Shown piece by piece: positions 8,715-18,191 of a DNA stretch of 33,590 bases. Position 1 is the first letter of the stretch; the number at the start of each line of letters is the position of its first letter. The translations under genes were made by a program, and so were the position numbers. Origin of the DNA: a virus (taxonomy: Duplodnaviria > Caudoviricetes); IMG/VR virus record IMGVR_UViG_3300020045_006106, positions 1 through 33,590 of that record. One strand, 5' to 3'. The notes beneath the pieces are model-generated. The model did not search any database. It worked only from the letters and a program-made list of their open reading frames with translations, and was not told the DNA's origin.

Positions 8715-11700
8715 GTGTTGATCTTGCCAAGCTTGCTTTATCTGTAGATGCCAATCCTTTTGTTAAAGCCGACAAAACAATGACGGCTTTTAACAAGACT
8801 GCGAGCAATACTGAACAGCAGGCTGACAAGATCACCAAGTCTACTGACAGAATGGCTAGGCATATGCGCGCTGCTGATGCCTCAGTTGGACTGCTAAAGG
8901 GCGCCTTTGGTGCTCTTTTGGCTGCTGTATCAATTGGCAAATTTGTCGAGATTGAGAGAGCAACAGGGATACTTACTGCAAGCCTAAAGAATGCCACCGG
9001 TAGCGCACAAGGTGCCGCCGTAGCATTTGGAGCAATCCAGAGGCTGGCTGGACAGCTTCCGGAATCGGTCGAGTCAGTAACAAACGCATTTGTAAAAATG
9101 GTCAATCTAGGTCTTGATCCGTCAGAGGCCGCCATCCGCTCTTATTCCAATACCGCTGCCGCAATGGGCAAAGACCTTAATCAAATGATCGAGGCCGTTG
9201 CTGATGCAGCCACAGGAGAGTTTGAGCGACTTAAAGAGTTCGGAATTAAAGCCCGCCAACAGGGCGAGCAAGTATCCTTCACCTTCCAAGGTGTAACCAC
9301 TACGGTTGCAAAAGAATCGGCGGCGATAACAGGCTACCTGAAGCAAATTGGCGAGGTAAATTTTGCCACTGCCGCAACCGACAGGATGCAGGAGCTTGAC
9401 GGGGCAATGTCAAACTTTGGTGATACCTTTGATGGATTATTCAGAACGATAAACAGCAAAGGACTTGGGGTATTAATTGCGGACACTTTCCGCATGGCTA
9501 CAAATGTACTTCAGGAACTAAACGACACCATAGCAAGCGGCCAATTGGGCGCCTATATAGATGCTCTTGGTTTAAAGTTCAGTGTGTTCGGAAATGAAGC
9601 GCTGACAGCGTTTAATGTGGTTGCTGATGGATACGACTGGTTAAAACAAATGCTGGCACCATCCGCAGGCGGAATTGCTGATTTTCTCCTTGATGCATTT
9701 AAAAACCTTCCTGAAAACATTCGCGCCTTTATTCAGCTTGCAGTTGTAGAAATCGCTGTGCTGGCCGACAAAGCAAAAGCCTACGGCGAGCAAATAGCGC
9801 GCAACCTTAATCCAATTACAGCTATTCAGGATGCTATAGGAGGATATGAGCAATTAAACGCCAAGCTTGCCGGAATAGACAGCGCAAGACAGGATTCGAT
9901 TGCTACGATAATGGATGAGCGAGATGCTGCTTTAAAAGCTTTTGATGATCAGGCTGATAAGGCTGGCGAACTGCGAAAAAAATACGATGCCAATAATGCT
10001 GCACTACTGGATGGTGGCGATGTTCTTGGTCAATTCCAAATAAAAGCAGATGGGGCTACAGAGTCGGCCGAAAAGCTTGCGGAAAAAGTAAAGCAAGCTG
10101 CTGAAATGATGAAGATCATCGAAGAAATGGAAATGGATGATCTATTCGGCGATAGCGATGGCATTGATCCGTTCGCTGGTATTGATGATCCTGCGGTACA
10201 AGAAGCAATAAAGGCACAGCGCGAAGAGTTTGACGAACTAATTAACTCTGTCGATGAGTTCGGCGGAGCTTGGACTCGCACAGGATCGATTGTTGCTGAC
10301 TCGCTGGGCAGCATCATGGACGTGATGAATGATTATTCAAAGCAGCTCGAATCGCTTGGAGAGGCTGAAAATAAAATAGCACTTGCCAGAGAAATGGCAA
10401 ATGATCCAAGCCAACTTAGGGAAGCAGAAAAGGCTGAGAAAAAATTAGCAAAAGAACGCACCGCCGCAAACATTGGAAGCTTTCGCGCTATTACAGGCGC
10501 AGCATCACAAATGTTCAGCGAGCAATCTAAAGCGCGTAAAGTGCTGCACAATTTGGAAATGGCATTTTCGGCTATCGAAATGGCCATGGCTATTCAGCGA
10601 TCTTTCCTTGCTGCAAAGGAGGCTGTTCTTACTCAGGCTAAGGGCGATCCTTACACGGCATGGGCGCGTATGGCCGCTATGGCTGCCGCTGTTGCTGCCT
10701 TGGGATATGCGGTTGGTGGTGGCGGAGGCGGCGGGGGGCAAACTGCTGAGCAAATACAAGAGTCGCAGGGGACCGGAAGCGTACTTGGCAGCAATGATAA
10801 ATCTGAGTCAATGCTCAATGCTATGGAAATGGTGGCGGATACCGGCATAGATCAACTAGCCGAGCTTATTGGCATTAGACAGGGTCTTAGCGGTTTAACT
10901 GGTGGCATAGACAGGCTGGCTATCGGGGTTTCTACAAGCGGCCTCGCAGACCAAAAATACATAAAATTTGCATCTACTCACCTCGGTGTTCCTCTTGAAG
11001 CTGGCAGCTTTGAGCTTACCGGTTCTCGCGACATAGACGATGAGCGCAGAGCCGCGCTTGCTCCACTGCAATCGCAATTTGTTGATATTTTTAAGCAAAT
11101 TGGATCTGTGATTAATACAGGGCTTGAGTCTCTTGGGCTTACCACAAATGAGTCAATAAATTCGTTTTACATGCAGCTCGGAAAAATATCTTTCGAGGGG
11201 TTGTCTGGAGAAGAAATTCAGCAAGAGTTAAATGCAATATTGAGCCAGCAGGCAGACTTAATCACAGGCCATTTAATACCATCACTTTCTGAATACCAGC
11301 AAATGGGCGAGGGACTTTTCGAAACCCTTATTCGTGTTGCAAAAGAACAAGCTGTATTTAACGACACGATTGAAAGCATGGGACTTTCGCTTGGCGGATT
11401 ATCAAACTTAATGCGCATCGACGTTGCTCAGTCAATTATCACACTGATGGGTGGGCTTGAAGAATTTAGCGAAAAAACAAGCGAATACTTTGAGAATTTT
11501 TTCAGTGAAGATGAGCGCGTTAAAATTCTTGGGGATTCACTGACTGAAGCTTTTGATGCGATAAATCAATCTCTACCAGAATCAAAAAAAGCGTTTAGGG
11601 ATTTAGTGGAAGGTCTTGATTTAACAACCGATGCAGACCAAAGATTATTCGCATCATTGATGGAATTGAACCCTTCTTTTTCTAAGTATATTGACGCAAC

Positions 11701-13423
11701 TGAAAAAGCGGCAGAGGCACAAAAGAATGCAGCTGATAAAATTTTAGAGGCCGAGAAGGTGTCACTAGATGCTGCCGAAAAGGCGCAAAAGAAAATTGAC
11801 GAACAAAGGCAAGGACTTGAATTAAAACTGCTTGATGAGCTTGGTATGGCGTCTGAGGCTTTAGCAATTAGGCGCGCTATTGAGCTTGCGGCTATGGATT
11901 CATCGCTGCACGGACTGCAGAATCAAATTTATGCACAGCAGGATTTAAACAGGGCGCTAAAAGAATCAGAGGCAGCCTTGGCTTCTGCATTATCTGCCGC
12001 ACAGAGTTCAGCTGATGCTAATCTTAGCGCCCTATCTAAAGCGATAGATGCAGAGCGTTCTCTGTCACAATCAAGATTGGATTCCGCTGCAGCTGCAGTA
12101 GATGCAGCTCAATCAGAGAGAGATTTGGCAGCAGATAGATACGCGGCTTCAGAGTCAGCATTGCAGGCAAGTTTTGCAGCTGAGATAGCAGGAATAAATC
12201 TGGTAAAGGATAAAAAGCTCGAGGCATTGAATGAGGATTTGCGCATTGCAAAAGAGCAGCAGAGCGCTGGAGCTTCGGTTGTTGCAGCAGCATCAGCAGC
12301 TTTAGAGCAGGCAATCCAAGCTGAGCAAAAAGCCCGCGAGGATTCTGTAAAAAATCAAATCGATCAATACCGAAAAGTTGCACAAGAGGCTGACAAATAC
12401 GCGCAGAGCCTGCGATCACTTTCTGATAATCTACGCCAATCTATAGGCGCGATGGCTGTTGATAGTGCTGAATTGTCAATTGCTAGAAGGGTTGCCGCTC
12501 AAGGCAATGTCGATAAAGCTTTGGCTGGAGCTAGAAAAGGCGATTTTAGCGGTGCTATGGATCTTGATCTATCTGCACTGCAAAACACAGATGACCTTTT
12601 CAAAACTAAAGCCGAGCGTGATTATGATATTGCTGTAACTCAAAATAAGCTGGCTGAGATTGCGAGACTATCTGACGGTCAAGCAACAATTGAGGAAAAG
12701 GCATTTAATGCTGCGGAAAGATCTGCCAATTCATTAGAGAAGCAGGCCGGTCAGCTGGCATCAATAAATCAAGGAATTCTTAGCGTATCAGAAGCAACAA
12801 AGATGCTTGCGGATGCGCAGGAGCAGGCTTCTAGTTTTGACGCTATTGTTGCAGGACTTGAGGCTCAGATTGCAAATGAGCAATTGTTAGCTGATGAGCA
12901 AACTGCAGCTCTACAGGCTCAGCTTGATGCGCTGATTGGCGTTAGTGATGCTGTCCTATCGGTAGATGATGCAATAAAGCAGTTTTTAGATGCAAAAGAG
13001 CAGCTACAAAAAATGGACTTGCAGCTTGAAACTGCAAAAACTGCTCTTGCTGTTGCGCAATCAATGTACGATGCTGAAATTGCTGCTTTTGATCAAATAA
13101 TCGCCCAGCAAACTGCCGCATATAATGCTGCAATTGGCATAGATGAGAGCGTTAAATCAGTCGGTATAGCAATTTATGATTTGAATAGTTCGCTGATTAA
13201 TTACGCTGAGCTTAATCGTCAGCAGCAGGAATTGCTTGCTTCTAAATCTAATGAGCAATCAGTTATGGATGCGCAAAAATTCGCAACTGATAAACTTATG
13301 GCTGATGAGATCACAAAATTACGCGCAGAAAACAAAAAGCTACAGGAAGAGATGGCAAGCAGCTTAAAAACAATTTCAGATAATTCAACTACTCAATTAA
13401 ATCGCGACAGGTTAAACGCATAA
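8711..13423 (+). CDS. Tail tape measure protein
   Basis: 1570 aa, Ala-rich helical; 'IEAVADAATGEFERLKEFGI' and 'QAKGDPYTAWARMAAMAAAVAALG' motifs. Confidence 0.95.
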   Translation: MSVDLAKLALSVDANPFVKADKTMTAFNKTASNTEQQADKITKSTDRMARHMRAADASVGLLKGAFGALLAAVSIGKFVEIERATGILTASLKNATGSAQGAAVAFGAIQRLAGQLPESVESVTNAFVKMVNLGLDPSEAAIRSYSNTAAAMGKDLNQMIEAVADAATGEFERLKEFGIKARQQGEQVSFTFQGVTTTVAKESAAITGYLKQIGEVNFATAATDRMQELDGAMSNFGDTFDGLFRTINSKGLGVLIADTFRMATNVLQELNDTIASGQLGAYIDALGLKFSVFGNEALTAFNVVADGYDWLKQMLAPSAGGIADFLLDAFKNLPENIRAFIQLAVVEIAVLADKAKAYGEQIARNLNPITAIQDAIGGYEQLNAKLAGIDSARQDSIATIMDERDAALKAFDDQADKAGELRKKYDANNAALLDGGDVLGQFQIKADGATESAEKLAEKVKQAAEMMKIIEEMEMDDLFGDSDGIDPFAGIDDPAVQEAIKAQREEFDELINSVDEFGGAWTRTGSIVADSLGSIMDVMNDYSKQLESLGEAENKIALAREMANDPSQLREAEKAEKKLAKERTAANIGSFRAITGAASQMFSEQSKARKVLHNLEMAFSAIEMAMAIQRSFLAAKEAVLTQAKGDPYTAWARMAAMAAAVAALGYAVGGGGGGGGQTAEQIQESQGTGSVLGSNDKSESMLNAMEMVADTGIDQLAELIGIRQGLSGLTGGIDRLAIGVSTSGLADQKYIKFASTHLGVPLEAGSFELTGSRDIDDERRAALAPLQSQFVDIFKQIGSVINTGLESLGLTTNESINSFYMQLGKISFEGLSGEEIQQELNAILSQQADLITGHLIPSLSEYQQMGEGLFETLIRVAKEQAVFNDTIESMGLSLGGLSNLMRIDVAQSIITLMGGLEEFSEKTSEYFENFFSEDERVKILGDSLTEAFDAINQSLPESKKAFRDLVEGLDLTTDADQRLFASLMELNPSFSKYIDATEKAAEAQKNAADKILEAEKVSLDAAEKAQKKIDEQRQGLELKLLDELGMASEALAIRRAIELAAMDSSLHGLQNQIYAQQDLNRALKESEAALASALSAAQSSADANLSALSKAIDAERSLSQSRLDSAAAAVDAAQSERDLAADRYAASESALQASFAAEIAGINLVKDKKLEALNEDLRIAKEQQSAGASVVAAASAALEQAIQAEQKAREDSVKNQIDQYRKVAQEADKYAQSLRSLSDNLRQSIGAMAVDSAELSIARRVAAQGNVDKALAGARKGDFSGAMDLDLSALQNTDDLFKTKAERDYDIAVTQNKLAEIARLSDGQATIEEKAFNAAERSANSLEKQAGQLASINQGILSVSEATKMLADAQEQASSFDAIVAGLEAQIANEQLLADEQTAALQAQLDALIGVSDAVLSVDDAIKQFLDAKEQLQKMDLQLETAKTALAVAQSMYDAEIAAFDQIIAQQTAAYNAAIGIDESVKSVGIAIYDLNSSLINYAELNRQQQELLASKSNEQSVMDAQKFATDKLMADEITKLRAENKKLQEEMASSLKTISDNSTTQLNRDRLNA

Positions 13424-14295
13424 TGTATGTAATCACACCAAGCACAATTAATGATGCGATGATTACTAGCTCGATTGCTGAGCCGGACACTGATGAGACC
13501 GTATGGTCTGCAGGAACGTCAACAATTGGGCAGGTTCGAATTTTAACTACTACTCACCGAAAGTACCGCGCAACAGTTGCATCAACAGATAGCCCAGATG
13601 TTGGAGTTTTGGCTGATCCAAAAACATGGGTGGATATTGGGCCGACAAATAAGTGGGCGATGCTTGATAATCGAAACTCCACTCAGTCAATTGCTGAAGG
13701 GGGAATTGATATTCAATTTACGCCAGGAACTGTTACCCCATCAGTTTCTGGATTTAATATCACTGGCGCAACAACTGTGGACATAACAGTTACATTTGAC
13801 TCAAGCGGTGCAATTTATGAAAAATCAATATCAATGGTGGATAACTCCAGCGTTTATGACTACTGGACTTGGTCGTGGAGTCCAATAAAAACAAGAACAG
13901 AATTTATTGTCACAGATCTACCGTTCTACTCTTCCGCTGTAATAGATATTGATTTTGTTGGGCCAGGAACTGTTGGCGTTGGCAGTGTTGTATTTGGAAC
14001 CTCTACTCAACTTGGGGCAATAAATTACGGAACATCATTTAAGCTGTTGGCCGGTGGAATTGAGGACGACAGCGCAACAATGAAATTAATCGATTACAAA
14101 TTTACCATTTGGAACAATCAAGGCGGTTTTGTTTTCAGAATTCTTGAGTCGCTACTTGGAAAGCCTGCAGTATATTTTGCAAACGAAAACATCGATAATG
14201 GCGCAATGGTTCTTGGCTTTTATCAGGACAGCAATATCAGCATAGACACTCCGAGCTTTTGCCCTGTGTCGCTATCAGTTAAAGGGGTAAATTAA
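13423..14295 (+). CDS. Tail tip / distal tail-like protein
   Basis: Directly after tape measure; 'WVDIGPTNKWAMLD', 'VLGFYQD'. Confidence 0.65.
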   Translation: MYVITPSTINDAMITSSIAEPDTDETVWSAGTSTIGQVRILTTTHRKYRATVASTDSPDVGVLADPKTWVDIGPTNKWAMLDNRNSTQSIAEGGIDIQFTPGTVTPSVSGFNITGATTVDITVTFDSSGAIYEKSISMVDNSSVYDYWTWSWSPIKTRTEFIVTDLPFYSSAVIDIDFVGPGTVGVGSVVFGTSTQLGAINYGTSFKLLAGGIEDDSATMKLIDYKFTIWNNQGGFVFRILESLLGKPAVYFANENIDNGAMVLGFYQDSNISIDTPSFCPVSLSVKGVN

Positions 14296-15266
14296 TGTCA
14301 ATATCACCTCCGCCATCAGTTTCCATCCCTGATGAAGACAGAATTCCCCAGCGTGACGCCAGTCAAGAGCAGGGGGTATATAGTGACAATATGGATTACT
14401 GGGCAGGACAGCTGCCGGTTTCTCTTACTGATTTTATCGCATTGGGCGGGTGGATAGAGGGAGCGGCAAACTTCGCAGAGGAGATGGCAAACGATGCAGA
14501 GCAAAGCGCATCAGACGCAGAGGCATATTCTGAAGTCGCTGTTGCTGTGGCGAATTTTAAGGGTGCGTGGGCTGACCAAGCCGGCGCGGCGGCGATTCCA
14601 TATTCGGTTTTTGAGGGCGGTGACTTTTATGCGTTGCTATCAAACCTTGCTGACGTTACCAGCTCACAGCCAAGTTTAAATCCATCAGACTGGGCTAATA
14701 TCACCGCTGCAATGAGCGGCTATACCAACCCAATGACCACTGCTAACGATTTGATTGTGGGAGGTGTTGCAGGCGCCCAAACTCGATTCAGTGTGCCAAC
14801 ATCATCAGGCATGTCCTACCTATTGCGATATGACGTTGACACAACAACAATAGCGTGGGTTGATGAGGACTCGTACCTCGGCGGCGGCTCTGGCGGAAAC
14901 GGGGAGCTAGACTGGTACGATGCCGGCAATGTGGCCACGACTGGCAGCCAGACGTTGACTGTTGATTTTACGAATGGTCGGTTTTACGTAATGAGTATGC
15001 AAGGCGCGGATACAACCGGAACCCTGACGCTCCAACTTACAAATTTGCCAACCACAACAAATAAAACCGCAACGATGTTAATTTTTATTCGTCGCGGCGG
15101 TCGCAAACCTGTAACTATCACGGCCTCTGGGTTCACAATTAACTACGCGCAGGGAACTGCAGGTAATTTAAACGGAACTACCGGCTATTATGACGTTTAC
15201 GAAGTGCTCAAAAAATTCTCCAGCACTCAGCTGGACGTAACTCATGTGCGCACAGGTATCTACTAA
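14295..15266 (+). CDS. Putative tail fibre / receptor-binding protein
   Basis: 'ANFKGAW' motif after a short coiled segment, Gly linker, Thr/Gly-rich beta C-terminus. Confidence 0.6.
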   Translation: MSISPPPSVSIPDEDRIPQRDASQEQGVYSDNMDYWAGQLPVSLTDFIALGGWIEGAANFAEEMANDAEQSASDAEAYSEVAVAVANFKGAWADQAGAAAIPYSVFEGGDFYALLSNLADVTSSQPSLNPSDWANITAAMSGYTNPMTTANDLIVGGVAGAQTRFSVPTSSGMSYLLRYDVDTTTIAWVDEDSYLGGGSGGNGELDWYDAGNVATTGSQTLTVDFTNGRFYVMSMQGADTTGTLTLQLTNLPTTTNKTATMLIFIRRGGRKPVTITASGFTINYAQGTAGNLNGTTGYYDVYEVLKKFSSTQLDVTHVRTGIY

Positions 15267-15892
15267 TGATGTCGCCAATGTCGCCATTTGTACGCCCGTG
15301 CATGGTCACGTACAGGCTCACAACGCCCGGAACAAAAACCAATTTCCGGCTGCCGTTTCCGGCTGGTTTTTATGCGTGGACAATGATTAGCCCGGGCGGT
15401 GGCTCAGGTGCGAGTCATAGCGGCTATGCAGATCCATCAGAGCGCGGCGGAAACGGGCAGCTGCGATCGTCAGGTTATTCATTTAGGCGCGCAGTAACCA
15501 ATGGGCAGATATCATCAATGATCATCGGCACCAAGGGGCTTGGCGGTACTCTGACGAACAACTCTGACGTTGCCGCTCAGCGAGGAAAGGCGGGTAATGC
15601 CAGCTCATGGACTGATGCCGCGACAACTACCACTAGCAGCGTTGGGGCGGGTGGCCGCTGCGCATTCGAGGCAACTGGATTGAGTCCTACGCAACTAGCA
15701 GCGCCGTACACCGTTTATTTTGACACTAGATCACTAGCGACTGGCGGATGGCTGACTTACCTTGGCTGTGTTCATGATGGCGGGAGCGTTGTTTCTACAA
15801 ATGCGGGTCGTGGCGCGGCAGGCGTGACAAGCCCTGGCGTAGCTGGTAACGACGGTAACGATGGCCGTGCAGATTGGTATTGGTATAACTGA
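15266..15892 (+). CDS. Gly-rich tail-associated protein
   Basis: 'PGGGSG..GGNG..GAGG..GRGAAG..GNDGNDG' glycine-rich pattern; synteny. Confidence 0.6.
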   Translation: MMSPMSPFVRPCMVTYRLTTPGTKTNFRLPFPAGFYAWTMISPGGGSGASHSGYADPSERGGNGQLRSSGYSFRRAVTNGQISSMIIGTKGLGGTLTNNSDVAAQRGKAGNASSWTDAATTTTSSVGAGGRCAFEATGLSPTQLAAPYTVYFDTRSLATGGWLTYLGCVHDGGSVVSTNAGRGAAGVTSPGVAGNDGNDGRADWYWYN

Positions 15893-15899
15893 GGAAACT

Positions 15900-16463
15900 A
15901 TGAATAAATTATTTGTACGTGCGATTGATTTATGGACTATTAACTACCAGCAGTTTGCGGACTACTGCCGTGCACAGCCGGAACAGTGGAATATGCCGGA
16001 CGAACTGGATCCGAGTTTTGTGCAATCTCTTGGGTTCAGAATGATTGATATCCCTGAGCCACGCGACACGCAACCGTGGGAGTCCGCAGAGCTTGTTGGC
16101 CGCAAAAACGGCAGCACGTACTACGCTGAGTGGATTTACCCAGAGCTACCAAACGCGGATGAGATTAAGCGCCAGACTATTGCGCATAAGCGGTGGGAGG
16201 TGGTTGAGAGCGGCATAACGCACAATGGCATTCGCTACAAAACCGACAAAGACACTCGCGACTTTATTGGCGTTATGTATTTCTCTGCTGTGCTTGACCC
16301 GGGTTACGTGGAGCAGAGCTTTAAATCGCTTGACGGTTTTGTATCGCTGTCGGCATCTGATATTATTAGCCTTGGCAATGCACTAAAGGCGCATGTGAAA
16401 GAGGCGTTTGCGAGAGAGGATGAGTTAAGCCAGATCGAAGGTGCAACATATTTAGACTGGTAA
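15900..16463 (+). CDS. DUF4376-like tail-fibre-associated protein
   Basis: 'KRWEVVESGIT.NG..YKTD.D', 'DGFVSL', 'AHVKEAFARE'; RBS GAGG before ATG 15900. Confidence 0.7.
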   Translation: MNKLFVRAIDLWTINYQQFADYCRAQPEQWNMPDELDPSFVQSLGFRMIDIPEPRDTQPWESAELVGRKNGSTYYAEWIYPELPNADEIKRQTIAHKRWEVVESGITHNGIRYKTDKDTRDFIGVMYFSAVLDPGYVEQSFKSLDGFVSLSASDIISLGNALKAHVKEAFAREDELSQIEGATYLDW

Positions 16464-16464
16464 T

Positions 16465-16495
16465 AAAAAGCCCTCCGAAGAGGGCCTGCGCTTTT
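16465..16495. terminator. Hairpin, putative intrinsic terminator
   Basis: GCCCTC-CGAA-GAGGGC (16470-16485) with A-tract on the left (U-tract on - strand) and only a weak T-run on the right. Confidence 0.5.
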
Positions 16496-16546
16496 GTAAG
16501 TCGCCGATGAAGGTCGGCAAATTAAATTTAGCACAACACAGGAAAT

Positions 16547-16690
16547 ATGCAAATGCCATCACGTGAAAACAAGCCCAAAAAAATGAGTCCAGTCGATGAT
16601 GAAACTACTGAAAGCAGCTCCAACACAGGGTTATATATTTGCGCTGGCGTTATTGTTGTACTGGTTGCCCTTGCCGCGTACTTTAGTTAG
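16547..16690 (+). CDS. Small membrane protein (47 aa; not in the ORF track)
   Basis: RBS AGGA; MQMPSRENKPKK...GLYICAGVIVVLVALAAYFS, one C-terminal hydrophobic helix; overlaps ORF 16596. Confidence 0.45.
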   Translation: MQMPSRENKPKKMSPVDDETTESSSNTGLYICAGVIVVLVALAAYFS

Positions 16691-17036
16691 TACTGGCGAA
16701 CTGTGGATTTTTACGACAATTACGATACAGCTACTGTTTGTAATATCGTGTAATATTTCAACGAAAGAATCGTGGTCAACAGCGGTTATAATCATTGAGG
16801 CGTTTTGCATGTTGTTTAACGTGACATATTTTCTAACTGGCCAACTTTTGGCGGATTATCACGCGCAAATAATGCTATCTGCTCTTATAATTGAGCTGCT
16901 TATAATCACAATCAGCATACAGGGGGCGATGATTGGAAGAGCAAATAGCATCAGCTCACCAATTTTTACTCGTCCTGTATGGGCTGAGCGCAGCGGCGTA
17001 CTCAATCTGGGTTGTGGCAAGGAGGCTTTATCGTGA
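16596..17036 (+). CDS. Multi-pass membrane protein in lysis region
   Basis: About four hydrophobic segments; start uncertain. Confidence 0.55.
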   Translation: MMKLLKAAPTQGYIFALALLLYWLPLPRTLVSTGELWIFTTITIQLLFVISCNISTKESWSTAVIIIEAFCMLFNVTYFLTGQLLADYHAQIMLSALIIELLIITISIQGAMIGRANSISSPIFTRPVWAERSGVLNLGCGKEALS

Positions 17037-17311
17037 CCGAGCACATCGTAAGCGTTTGGGACGCAATGACCCAGTTTCTAACAAGCAAAATCACTAATAC
17101 GGTGCTTGCTTCCACGCTTATTGTAAGCGCTGAGAATTCAAAACCTGAACCGTTTCTAAATCTTGCCGACTACGGCCTTTTATCCCTTTCAATTCCATCG
17201 TGGATGCAGATTGTAGGATCGCTCTGGATACTCACCCTGCTGCTAGAAAAAATCGGATTGTTTAAATTGATTGCTTGGCTTTGGAGGCGAATCAGTGCGC
17301 GAAAAAGCTGA
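17033..17311 (+). CDS. Membrane protein, holin/antiholin candidate
   Basis: GTG 17033 after AGGAGG; hydrophobic C-terminal half with basic tail. Confidence 0.55.
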   Translation: MTEHIVSVWDAMTQFLTSKITNTVLASTLIVSAENSKPEPFLNLADYGLLSLSIPSWMQIVGSLWILTLLLEKIGLFKLIAWLWRRISARKS

Positions 17312-17606
17312 GCAGTTTATTCTATGGCTTGGCGACTTTGTGGAGGATTCGCAAAGTGGTCGACCGAGCGTTAAACGGTTTGGGCTTGCTCTCGCGGTAA
17401 CAGTTCTGTGCGGCGTGATGCTTGGCCTTGGGGGCGTTATATCCTACGCCATGCTTATGGCTACTGGGCGCGATCAGGTTGACATTGTAAGGATCGCAGC
17501 CGACACACTCCAAATCATCGCGGGACTTGTTTTAGCGGCGGTAACAACGGGGTATTTAGTTGATAAGGCATCAATCAGAAAATCAAACTCTGATGCAGCG
17601 CAATAG
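17295..17606 (+). CDS. Holin candidate (2 TM)
   Basis: GTG 17295 after GGAGG; 'PSVKRF' followed by two hydrophobic helices; directly upstream of endolysin. Confidence 0.6.
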   Translation: MREKAEQFILWLGDFVEDSQSGRPSVKRFGLALAVTVLCGVMLGLGGVISYAMLMATGRDQVDIVRIAADTLQIIAGLVLAAVTTGYLVDKASIRKSNSDAAQ

Positions 17607-17615
17607 GGGCGACAA

Positions 17616-18191
17616 TTGAGCAGAATTAAAAATCTAGTCGACCAAGCAATATCGGAAACAGGCAGCAAAATCGAACCTGCCGCACTACAGGCATTTATTT
17701 CTGTTGAATCTGGTGGCCGTGGGTTCTGTCCAACAACTGGCAAAATCATGATTCAATTCGAACCTCACTGGTTCGTCAAAAAATCACCCTACAGCCCAAG
17801 CGGCAAGTGGTCGATAAATAAAATCGAGCGACAAAGCAAAGAGTGGGAAGCGTTTAATAGCGCATTCACGCACAACCCCGACGCCGCGATGCAGTCCACT
17901 TCGATTGGTCTCCCTCAAATTATGGGTTTCCACTACGCTCGCCTCGGATATCAAACCGTGGGTGATATGTGGGATGACTTTAAGGTCGGTGAATTAAACC
18001 AGGTAAAAGCGCTGATTAAATTTATCGAAACTGACGCACGATTAGAAAAGGCGTTGATTGAAAAAGACTGGCATATCGTGGCTATGACATATAATGGAGC
18101 GGGGTACGCCGCGCAGGCTCACAGGCTCGGAATTGAGCCGTACAACGCGCAAATGTCAAAAGCGTACTTTTTTATTAAAGGGGACGAATGA
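17616..18191 (+). CDS. Endolysin, N-acetylmuramidase (DUF3380 family)
   Basis: 'VESGGRGF', 'IQFEPHWF', 'STSIGLPQIMGFHY', 'YNGAGY'. Confidence 0.9.
   Translation: MSRIKNLVDQAISETGSKIEPAALQAFISVESGGRGFCPTTGKIMIQFEPHWFVKKSPYSPSGKWSINKIERQSKEWEAFNSAFTHNPDAAMQSTSIGLPQIMGFHYARLGYQTVGDMWDDFKVGELNQVKALIKFIETDARLEKALIEKDWHIVAMTYNGAGYAAQAHRLGIEPYNAQMSKAYFFIKGDE

Noticed and set aside
8704-13133. Antisense ORFs inside the tape measure gene
   Set aside because: No RBS or family motifs; typical shadows of an Ala-rich gene
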